64,000 nt of DNA from the NCBI GenBank assembly GCA_002269645.1, contig NIVC01003078.1:36854-100853 (forward strand), given 5' to 3'. The DNA comes from Macrostomum lignano. Taxonomy: Eukaryota. The notes below the pieces were generated by a model. That model was not told where the DNA came from and searched no databases. It saw only the letters and a program-made list of their open reading frames with translations. How positions within the stretch are numbered: position 1 is the stretch's first letter; the number at the start of each line of letters is the position of its first letter. This document shows, in pieces, positions 1 through 8,907 of the stretch. The position numbers and the translations under genes were made by a program.

Positions 1-114
1 CTCTGCCGCAGGAAATTTCCGTGGGAAACCACGGGCCTGTAGTGTGTAAACATAGCGCCTATGTAAATGCATTGGTGGACTCTGCGCAGGGAAAGCCATG
101 GAAATTCCATGGGG
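1..114 (+). repeat. Left terminal inverted repeat (truncated by window edge)
   Basis: ctctgccgcagg...ccatgggg matches the reverse complement of 16379-16493. Confidence 0.93.
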
Positions 115-261
115 CCTTAGTGAGAGAACATAGGCCTATGTTTTTCTATTGCTGTATGTCTGCTGCAGTGGTTTAGTCTATATAAGGACCAAAAAATCTC
201 TTTGATTCATGAAAAAACGATTTTTTTCGACGAGATAGTTTATTCTGTTAGATTTTAAGTC

Positions 262-1029
262 ATGGACATCGGCGAAGGATATAAACTCCAAATACAGGAG
301 TATGAAGGAGTTTATGTTCATTGCTATCAGAAAATTTTACCGACATGGCAGCACTGCGAGTTTGAAACCTGGAGTCCCCGGCTTCAATTTGAACATCCGT
401 CAGTGGGAGAAGCTCAAGGAGTTGAAGCGATCGCTTGTCAAGGCGGCCTTGGACAAACAGCCAAAGGTTGTCAAACTCGGCTTCGATAAGTTCATCGAAG
501 TGAAAAACGGCATTATCTGGTTAAAGCGATTGCCGGAGGACTGCTGCGACGAGTTTCTTAAGCGGAACACCGTGCCGCTGACACCGCCGCTGTGGCGAAA
601 GCTGTGGCAGTACGCGGATTGGATCGACGAGCAGCTATCGGCTCCACGTGAGATTTCCGATGTATACGAGCTGGAGTCGGGATCTTCCTCCAACAGCATC
701 GAAAATGAAGACGGTGCTGGCGAAAACGCGAAGAGACCAAGCCGGTAGTGAAGGCGGAGGACGATGCTCCTGCTGCTGCTGGCGATGTGGCTGGCATGCC
801 ATCCAATCTGCAAATCGACACAGCGTTTGCCACTTCAACGCCTCTGCAACTGACCAAGCCAGCAGCTGGAGCGATTCCTCGGCAGGACACTGATCTGCAA
901 GAGGACCCAGTCTGGTACCAGTTCCGAGCTCAAGCAGCCGCCGCTGAGAACGCCAGGAAACGCAAGCAGCCGCCGTTCGCTCTGCGCAGATTGGATGCCA
1001 TGAAGCTGCCCAGGCCGTGCTTCGACTGA
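262..1029 (+). CDS. Tandem PC4 (p15/Sub1-like ssDNA-binding/coactivator) domain protein with low-complexity C-tail; frameshifted at ~310 and probably ~737
   Basis: Joining ORF 262 (MDIGEGYKLQIQEYEG) to ORF 302 (FMFIAIRKFY...LKPGVPGFNLNIRQWEKLKE) gives the PC4 pattern (human [24 protein letters not shown]...[20 protein letters not shown]). A second weaker copy follows (LGFDKFIEV...VPLTPPLWRKL...IDEQL). ORF 748-1029 joins if one C is added at cc737-738. Confidence 0.72.
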
Positions 1030-1196
1030 TTGCAGACCCTCTGACATTGAGACAAACTCTGTGCTACGAGCTTTTATCCAGACCTGCTTTCCATCTCTTT
1101 GTTTGAAAATAAAAAATATATGCTTGCTTTCACATGCGCTATACATTTTCAATGTCTTAAGAAAACCTAAAAAAAAATGTTTCTTTGTTTCTGAAA

Positions 1197-2262
1197 ATGG
1201 AAAAAATTTATTTCAACCAAATCAGCCTGCGAGCTATTGCAGTTCTTCAAAACTGCAACCTGAACTGCGAAAAAGAGGCGAGCATATTGGAGTCAAGAGC
1301 ATTGAGCAGTGGCTAAGTCAGCAGCCAGTACACACTCTGCATAAGCCAGCTAGAGTACGATTTCCAAGGGCGCCAATAATAGTGAGGGCCATTGATGATC
1401 AGTGGGAGATGGATCTGGTGGAAATGATTCCGTTTGCAAAGTATAATCGCGGGCATAAATACATTCTCACCTGCATTGATGTTTTGTCTAAATTTGCAAT
1501 GGCCAGAGCACTGAAGTCTAAGAGCGCGGCAGAAGTGAAATCTGCGTTTGAGAGCATGCTGAAGAGCTCAAAGCGGCAGCCGCGCACTGTCCGCACAGAT
1601 CAGGGAAAGGAGTTTGTCAACGCAATTTTTCGCCAGTTCTGCATAGACCGGGGGATTCTGGCGTTTCCAACTAGCAGTGAGCACAAAGCAGCCATAATTG
1701 AAAGATGGAATCGAACTTTAAAAAGCAAGATGTGGCGTTACTTTACTCACAACAGCACTCTACAATGGCTTGATGTGCTGCCTAAACTGGTCAAGTCCTA
1801 TAACAATACTTTCCACAGAAGCATCAAGACTACACCAATGAATGTCAGCAAAGCAAACGAGACTGAAGTGTGGATGAACCTTTATGATGGGAAAGCGATT
1901 GAGACAGTTGAGAAACTGAGAAAACCGAAGTTCTGTGAAAACCAATCAGTGCGGATTTCCAATGCACCCAGACTCTTCAGGAAGGGATACAAGGCGAACT
2001 GGAGCGAGGAGGTGTACACCATAGTGTTTAGGGCACCAAAGCATTATCCCTACATGTACAGGATTCGAGACATGAAGGGGGAAGACATAGAGGCCTCTTC
2101 CACGAGCATGAGCTGCAAGCTGTTCCGGACTCGCAGCGGCTGTATGTAATCGAGAAGGTTCTGAAGACTGAGAAGCGGAAGGGAAAGATCCGATATCTCG
2201 TCAAGTGGGCCGGCTACAAGTCCACTGACTGGGTGGATGAGAAGGACTTAAGAAAAGTGTAA
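1197..2262 (+). CDS. Polinton retroviral-type (rve) DDE integrase with C-terminal chromodomain; -1 frameshifts at ~1218 and ~2098
   Basis: HTLHKPAR..F, catalytic QWEMDLV / RTDQGKEF / IIERWNRTLK, KGYKANWSEEVY. The shifted frame continues FHEHELQ...YVIEKVLKTEKRKGKIRYLVKWAGYKSTDWV (chromodomain) to TAA 2260-2262. The repaired start is MEKIYFN(P)NQPASY at ATG 1197. Confidence 0.93.
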
Positions 2263-2292
2263 GATACCGACATTGTGCAGCCATTCCCAACT

Positions 2293-3101
2293 ATGAGAAG
2301 CATCATCATTTGTAGCGAAAATGCTGAAGGTACTCCTAGTGACTTTCATTTTCACCTGCCTTCACTATTTACTTGGATCGAAATGTGGACTATGAGGCAG
2401 GTCTGGCTGAAATCCATCTGCCTGCTGCATGGTTCAATGTTGACGAGCCTTACTGCTTCACTGTCTCAGATGGAAGAGAGCATGAGGCCCTGGTTCTTCA
2501 ACCCGGACGCTTTGCTAGAGTGGAGGAACTGGTTGAGCGCATGAATGAGCTGCTGGCCAACTCTGAGTCACTGTTCTTCGATGCAATGAGCGAAAGGGAG
2601 TCTGAAATGGAAGCTGATGAGTCCGGTTTAATGGGGCGAAGCAGCGCTAGAGATATTGGCATAAAGTTTGAAATCCAAGAGTTGAGAACGGTAGTGCTCA
2701 ACAACACGGCTCGAGCAGAATTGTTCCTTCCATCAAGTAAAATTCTGCAGTGGCTGGGATTCGGAAACCAGCCTGTGAAGATCCCACCCGGACGGCAAGT
2801 GTCACTCTGCTGCATCGGTTGTCCGCCCACCAACCTGATCAACTTGCACTGCAGCATTGTGGAGCGAACAAACTGTAACTGGAACTCCGTGCTGCGAACT
2901 GTGAGCATGTCATCCGATGTCGAATGGGGCAGCTACATGAGCAAAGTGTTTAAGAAAGCAATATTCTTCCCGATTCAGAAAGCTAATTTTCTACATGGCA
3001 TTAGATTTCAACTGCGTGACATCTTTGGCTACTCACTGACTGCTCGGAGCAGCAGCCCTGTTCTGCTCACAGTTCATATTCGGGAAAGGCTAATACAATG
3101 A
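2293..3101 (+). CDS. Minor capsid protein (penton-like, single jelly roll); -1 frameshift at ~2360
   Basis: N-terminus TPSDFHFHLP-FTIYLD...YEAGLAEIHLPAAWFNV and C-terminus FFPIQK...IRFQLRDIFG...VLLTVHIR match Polinton minor capsid motifs; located between integrase and major capsid. Confidence 0.8.
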
Positions 3102-3508
3102 ACTACCAACAGCTGATTCGTCAGTATTCAGGGACTCTGGCAGGAAGCCAAAAGCCGGCGCTCTATGGCTGTGGGAGTTTTCCAGGAATCATGACTTACC
3201 AGCCTCCTCCAGAAGCTTCCACAAAGTCAATATCGCTATCAAAGCCAGGGCATACCACCGCCAGCGGTAGCAGCAGCAACAGCAGAAGCAATAGAAACAG
3301 ACCAAAGCAGCGACTAGTCAAACAGGGCAGTAAGAAGCAGACAAAAAAGAAGAAAAAGAGTAAGACGGAGAAATCACCGAAAAGAAGCCAGTCAGGGCGA
3401 AATAAACCTAAGAAAGGGAGGTCTAAAACTCAAAGCAAGAAAACAGGCAAAGGAAAGCAAAAAGTGAGCAAAAAGACTGTTAAACGTGTTCTGGACTCGC
3501 TCTCATAG
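3098..3508 (+). CDS. Highly basic (Lys/Ser/Arg-rich) putative virion core/DNA-condensing protein
   Basis: Very K-rich C-terminal half; ATGA overlap with the minor capsid stop; immediately upstream of the major capsid gene. Function is inferred. Confidence 0.6.
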   Translation: MNYQQLIRQYSGTLAGSQKPALYGCGSFPGIMTYQPPPEASTKSISLSKPGHTTASGSSSNSRSNRNRPKQRLVKQGSKKQTKKKKKSKTEKSPKRSQSGRNKPKKGRSKTQSKKTGKGKQKVSKKTVKRVLDSLS

Positions 3509-3510
3509 CA

Positions 3511-4793
3511 ATGGCTTACGGATTCAACCCGAGACTCGATTTGTTCAAGTCCCCCGTGCTGCAGACTGCCATTGAAAAATCCACATATGTTGATATTCAC
3601 CCCGTGAACTCTATTGCTACTAACTCACCTATTGAATTCGACTGTCATCCATCGGCTGATGAGTACACTGATCTGCTGAGCTCATTCCTGTATATTCGCT
3701 GTCGCCTAGTCCGGCTTGGCGGGGCTTTGATGAGGGAGGAGGTTCGAAATGCCGATGGAGTTGTCACTGAGCGCAGAGACAGTGGGGTGCACCCAGAAAA
3801 CTTTGTCCTGTCTACGGCATTCTCAGATGTAATCGTGAGCATCAACCAGCGCATTGTATCAGGTGGAGACCAGCTCTACCCCTACCATGCCTACCTAAAA
3901 GCTCTCATGAGCTCATCCGATGCTCAGCAGTTAAAGTTCTACCCCGCCGGATTCCTGGAACCCGAAACTGCTGCTGAGGGGCATGCCGAGAGACACAGGG
4001 AGTCCCGCTGGGTGGAGTATGCGGGACCACTGCTCAGCGACATTTTCCAGTGTCCTGTTCTGCTGCTGAACAATTTACACCTGCACATCAAGCTGATGCC
4101 CAGCGATACTGCATTCGCCATCCGAACCCCAGATGAGAACAACACAGCCTACCGAATGGAAATCTCCCACTGCATTCTGAACCTGCGCCGAGTCAAAGTG
4201 GCGCCTCACATCAGCCTGGCGCATGAGCAGGGACTGACCAATCAGAACGCACTTTACCCCATCGAGCGAACCGAAATGCAAAACTTTATTCTACCCAGGG
4301 AATTCAGTCAAAAAACATTGAAGGATTCACCCATGGCAAACTGCCGAAGTTCGTTATGCTGGTCTTCGTGAACCACCGAGCCTTCAATGGCCATCACCAT
4401 TCCAGCCCCTTCGAGTTCCAGAGCTTCAACCTCAGCCAGCTAGCACTAAAGAAAGGTGGTGAAGCCATGTGCCACGCTGCATTTGCACCTGAGAATAATT
4501 CATTCGTGAGAGAGTACTTGCACTACCTGAAAAGCTGTCAGTCAGCCAGCCCTACCAACTCGGTTCCGTGGGTCCCCTACCAGTTGTTCTCCAACGGCAA
4601 CACAGCTTTCGCATTCGATCTCACGCCTGAGGGAGCGGCCCTGTGGTACGGACAGAAGGAGGGCAATTTGCGGCTGGAGATTCGCTTCCGACAGGCCCTG
4701 GAGGAGCCTGTATCTCTGATTGTTATGTGCCTGTATGACTCACTGATTGAGGTCACCAAGCACAGGGAGATTCTGCTAGATTTTCCATCCTAG
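3511..4793 (+). CDS. Major capsid protein (double jelly roll, PY/hexon-like); -1 frameshift at A-run ~4310-4315
   Basis: LDLFKSPVLQTAIEKSTYVDIHP...PIEF...YTDL; YPYHAYL; KLPKFVMLVFVNHRAFNG...PFEFQ; FAFDLTP; GNLRLEIRF...SLIEV. All are typical Polinton MCP motifs. Confidence 0.92.
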
Positions 4794-4816
4794 GAGTACG
4801 CTGGCGCAACGCTAAT

Positions 4817-5329
4817 ATGGATGCTTTTCAACTGCTTAAACTGGCTAAAAGCTTTTTGCCACAAAATAACTGTTTAATTATTGTCTTGAATTCAATAAAT
4901 AAAACATCTTATGCTTTAAACTTTATTCAGCGAGCAACTCTCAAAAGAAATTTATCTCGATGTAAGTTTATTTTCTTTCTGCTTCAGTACAGCTCATCCT
5001 TCGGTCACTGGGTGGTTTGTTATGCTGATAAGGAGAATTCCATAGAACTCTTTAACTCTCTGGGCTGGGACTCCAGCACTTTAGAGATCATTCACAGAGC
5101 ACTGAAATCCTTTTGGTATTCTCCATTCTACTTACGTAGCAATGTGAATCGAATTCAGAGCTGCAACTCTGCTAAATGCGGTTTGTTCTGTCTCTTGTTT
5201 GCCTATCAAAAGTTTCGTTTCAAGCGCTCGTTTGAGTGGGTTCTGCGGCACCTCCATGCAAATCAGCAGAGCCACTTGAATGAAAGAATTCTGCAAAGGT
5301 TTGAGAGTTGCTTAAGAAAAAAAATTTAA
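4817..5329 (+). CDS. Adenain-like cysteine protease (virion maturation protease)
   Basis: GHWV (His), F[N]SLG, RIQS (oxyanion Gln), CGLFC (Cys); lies between MCP and ATPase. Confidence 0.85.
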   Translation: MDAFQLLKLAKSFLPQNNCLIIVLNSINKTSYALNFIQRATLKRNLSRCKFIFFLLQYSSSFGHWVVCYADKENSIELFNSLGWDSSTLEIIHRALKSFWYSPFYLRSNVNRIQSCNSAKCGLFCLLFAYQKFRFKRSFEWVLRHLHANQQSHLNERILQRFESCLRKKI

Positions 5330-5366
5330 TTAGATTTTAAAAATCAAGAATTTAGCTCAACAGGCA

Positions 5367-6020
5367 ATGGAAACACGTGAGCGGATAAACTGTTATGATG
5401 TGCGCCTGCGACAGGGAAGCTGCATGATTGTCAGCGGGCCTACAAATGCAGGAAAGACAACCTTCGTGAAACATCTGATACAATACAAGGATGTCATGTT
5501 TGATGTGAAGCCTGGGAGAGTTCTGTGGTACTACGGGATTTCACAAGCAGCACACTCTGAGCTCAGCAGTCTCGGCGTGCACCTGCAGCAGGGATTTCCC
5601 AGCAGTATCGAGACCGCACTGAGACCCAATGACCTGGTTGTATTTGATGACCTGATTGAAGAAACTTCCAATTCTGCTGCAATGCGAAATGTTTTCACTG
5701 GAATTGCCCATCATTTGCCCTGCTTTCTGGTTATGCTCACCCAAAATGTATTTTTTAAAGGGAAGGAGTTGCGAACAATGAGTCTGAATGCGATGTACTT
5801 TGTGATCATGAAGAACCCCAGAGACCAGCTGCAGATTGCAGCGCTGGGCAGGCAGTGCTTTGCTGAGAAGCCCGGCTTTCTGCTGTCAGTGTTCAAGCAC
5901 GTGACATCGCACGGCAGGGGAGCCTACCTGCTCCTGGATTTTCACCCTTCCACCCCTGATGAGCTGCGCGTCCGGGCTCGAATCCTGCCCAATCAGCGAC
6001 CCCACCTTGTTTACACTTAA
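5367..6020 (+). CDS. Genome-packaging ATPase (A32/FtsK-HerA superfamily)
   Basis: Walker A GPTNAGKT, Walker B LVVFDD, HH..C...LTQN, KNPRD, YLLLD.HP.T...LRVR. Confidence 0.95.
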   Translation: METRERINCYDVRLRQGSCMIVSGPTNAGKTTFVKHLIQYKDVMFDVKPGRVLWYYGISQAAHSELSSLGVHLQQGFPSSIETALRPNDLVVFDDLIEETSNSAAMRNVFTGIAHHLPCFLVMLTQNVFFKGKELRTMSLNAMYFVIMKNPRDQLQIAALGRQCFAEKPGFLLSVFKHVTSHGRGAYLLLDFHPSTPDELRVRARILPNQRPHLVYT

Positions 6021-6067
6021 GAATAACAGCCGAGATTTCGCCATTTGTTCTATATTCTGCAACACTA

Positions 6068-6384
6068 ATGATAATGGAAACCTTTGACTCACATGAAAGT
6101 TTGTTTATGTTCTCGCGTCACCGAAATATTCCATCAGCTTTAAACGTCTGTTGATCAGAGCGGGTCCAAAAGCCGTACGTGAATTTCTCATTGAGGCCTG
6201 CTACAACCTATTGCAAAACACTCTGTCGTTCTCACTCACTCAAAAGGCAGCGCTGGTGAAGCAAAAGCAAATAATCCGCAAAATTTCTACACATAGAAGA
6301 ACTGCGGATCTGCTAAATACGGGTTTTATCAAAATTCTCTACATTCTAATAAAGCTAGTGAAGAAAAAGAAGCAAAATGAATAA
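6068..6384 (+). CDS. Conserved small Polinton protein (PW-like class, label uncertain); -1 frameshift at ~6097
   Basis: FLIEACYNLL.N.L.....QK..L.K.K.IIRKI resembles the small ORF that usually follows the Polinton ATPase. Adding one A in gaaag extends the frame to ATG 6068. Confidence 0.6.
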
Positions 6385-7098
6385 GTTCTCAGAGATGGTT
6401 CTGATCCCCAAGTCAGAGTACGACATGCTCACACAGAATTTGAAGCCAGTCGAGTCTGAACTCGACACTGCTGTGAGATATGCGCAGAGGAAATGCAATG
6501 ATATTTTGCTTGCCGAGGATTGCCCAGACGATGTGAAAGCTGCCATGTACCATGATGCGATGAAGAGTTTGCTGGCCAAGCGCAAGCGGACTGGAAAGGA
6601 TGGTGCGGTACCTGCGAGTGATGCAAAGATGCTGAAAACAGATATTGCACCAGCAGCTGGGGGGAAAAGATCACCCAATCCGTGCCGCAGAAGTTTAAAG
6701 CGAGAGCCCGCAGTCTATGGGCCATCCTATCTGGCAATCCCTCTCTGATTCAGGTGTCCGAAAATGGCGAGGCGCAAATTTCTGGGAAGACAATACCCTC
6801 CTCAAACATCCTGGATTTGTTTCACAGTGCGGTGAGGGATTCGAAATGTGCCAACGAGCCGGTAGGCTGGAGTGAGTTTGTCTCATTGCTTCAAGACAAA
6901 AAGCTTAACATCCCAGCTTCGGCTATAGGAAAGTCAGTAAGGCAGCTAATTTCTAAACCGGCTGTTTCTCCAGAGGCCACCCCTGCACATCATACAGTTA
7001 AGGGATTCGGGAGTGGGAGAGCCTGGCTACAGCTGAGCAGGAAAAAAAACTATTTAAGAAGGGGAACTGAGTCGGCTTCCCGACATCTTGCGTCTTGA
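6377..7098 (+). CDS. Conserved Polinton hypothetical protein (PZ-like class, label uncertain); -1 frameshift at G-run 6659-6664
   Basis: N-terminal MVLIP and C-terminal GE..ISGKTIPSSNILDL...P.GW.EF...L...NIP.S.IG motif, typical of Polinton core ORFs. Confidence 0.7.
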
Positions 7099-7110
7099 AA
7101 CCATCCGATC

Positions 7111-7628
7111 ATGAACTATATTGACTTCCAAGGCTTCCCACGCGAGAGATCGAGCAGAGATTTCGTTGTGAAGGAGCTGGCCATTGCCCAAGTCCGGGCT
7201 GGCAGTTACCATATCACTCATCACGTGTACGCCTCTCCGTTCTCATGGGAGAGAATCTCACCTGAGATGCAAGTGCATTACAGAAAGCTCTCAAAGAATT
7301 TGCATCATTTCAAGTGGACAGATGGATCTCGACCGTACATGCATTTGGCAAATGACATTCTAAACATTGCTTACGGTCCCACCTGGACAAGCGGGGTGAA
7401 GAAGTCCATCTTTCTGACTGAGCTGCTTGGCAGACAGGTGTACAACCTAGAGGATCTGGGATCACCTTTGATTCAAGCATCTGATACTGGTTGCGCAGTG
7501 AAAAATGTATTACTGTACTACAACTGGCTGAAACCGAAGTTCTGTATCAACTTAAGAAGCGAGGTGTGCCCGCACCACTCAAAAGCTCGCAAAGACAGTA
7601 CCACAGGCAGAAAGGACTCTCTAAATGA
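7111..7628 (+). CDS. DEDD/DnaQ-like (RNase H fold) nuclease-family protein; probable -1 frameshift at ~7532, stop overlapping the TBP ATG
   Basis: IDFQGF...FVVKELAI...H.Y.SPF.W...LHHFKWTDGSRPY pattern. One extra A at aaa7531 gives WLKTEVLYQLKKRG...GLSK-TGA (7626-7628), an ATGA overlap with 7625. Confidence 0.55.
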
Positions 7629-8188
7629 GTACACCTGCGACAGCCCTGCGAGTGACCAATCTGGTCGGCGGCGTGGATCTGAGACTTGCTGGAGGCAGGG
7701 GTGCCCAATTGCCTCTGCGGGAACTGGCTCTCAGCATGGCTCATGTCATCTATCGTCCCGTCTGGCCCCGAGTGCTTATCAAGAGGATGCGGAATCCCAG
7801 AGTGACTCTATTGCTCTATCCGACTGGACAACTGAGTATCTGTGGCGCCCGGAGCTACTCGGCCTCAGTCAGGGCCGCTCGTCGCTTCGTGGCTATGCTG
7901 CATCGCAGAGTGCCTGCTCAACTGCTGCCTCATCAAGCTGTGCATGTGCGGATTAAAACTATTACTGCTCATGGGAAGATTGACTTGTGCAGAGCACTTC
8001 CCCTCGCTAATCTTGTAAACACTTTACCAAGTGCTCAATATGAGCCAGAATCATTTTCTGCTTTGATCTGCAAACTAAGCTTCTGCAAATGCCTGCTTTT
8101 TCACAATGGCTCATTTGTTCTCAGTGGTGCAAAAACAATGAGCATGCTAATTTCCGACTTTTCCTTGCTTGTCCGTTTTCTGTGCTAA
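7625..8188 (+). CDS. TATA-box binding protein (TBP)-like protein, core domain only, Polinton-encoded
   Basis: Two TBP half-repeats: VTNLVG..DL; YRPVWPRVLIKRMRNPRVTLLLYPTGQLSICGARS..SVRAARRF and QYEPESFSALICKL...CLLFHNGSFVLSGAK. These align to cellular TBP [36 protein letters not shown] and SYEPELFPGLIYRM...LLIFVSGKVVLTGAK. Confidence 0.9.
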   Translation: MSTPATALRVTNLVGGVDLRLAGGRGAQLPLRELALSMAHVIYRPVWPRVLIKRMRNPRVTLLLYPTGQLSICGARSYSASVRAARRFVAMLHRRVPAQLLPHQAVHVRIKTITAHGKIDLCRALPLANLVNTLPSAQYEPESFSALICKLSFCKCLLFHNGSFVLSGAKTMSMLISDFSLLVRFLC

Positions 8189-8907
8189 TAATAACCATAT
8201 GTTTCAACAATTAAATAAAAAGACGACAGCTGAACAAAAATATAATAATTTGCATGCATATACCACGTATTAAGATGCGTGCATTTTAATCAATATACCT
8301 GAAAATCAGACTTCGATCGACTTTTTCTTTATTTTCAAAACTGAAATCGCAATATTAGTTTGAGTATAGAAAATTTAATCAGACCACCACCAACTCAAGA
8401 AAAAAAGCACACCCATCACTCAGATTATGCACTGCTAAGACAAAAACGAACAAGAACTAGCAGAAATGAAAAAGGAAGCAAATATTTTTCAGATAATCAT
8501 TGGATAATGGTTACAAAAAATATGAGTAGCAAAGCTAGCAAAGATAAAAAAGGACAGTAACTCAGTTCATTCAATTGTGCAAAAATTCAAGGATAATAAA
8601 AAAGGGGAAAGCCAGACCAATATGCCGCAAATTATTCCAACATGGCTTTCACAAGTTCGTATTGAAATAAATCTGGAACAACTCAACTCGAAAATGTTAC
8701 GCTCAGTTAGTTGCTTAGAGACTACAAATATGTAACTAACTGAATTGGCTCTATTCGTTCCAGCATTGTCATTATCATCATCATCCATCATTATCATCAT
8801 CATCCATCATCATCATTCAGATTAATTAAACCACAGAAACAATTCATGGAGTACATAAGTAAAAGTCAATAAATTTCAACGCCAAGGTTACACAGATGTG
8901 CAAAGCA

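Noticed and set aside
1061-1196. N-terminal 45 aa of the integrase ORF as called
   Set aside because: GTG start in AT-rich intergenic DNA; the homologous start is ATG 1197 in another frame.
7629-7956. C-terminal extension of the 281-aa ORF 7111-7956
   Set aside because: It overlaps the TBP gene out of frame. A single-A repair gives a stop overlapping the TBP ATG, so the extension is probably an artefact.
8360-8803. Short ORFs between TBP and polB
   Set aside because: AT-rich convergent 3' UTR region with poly(A) signals and (CAT)n repeats; no coding signal.
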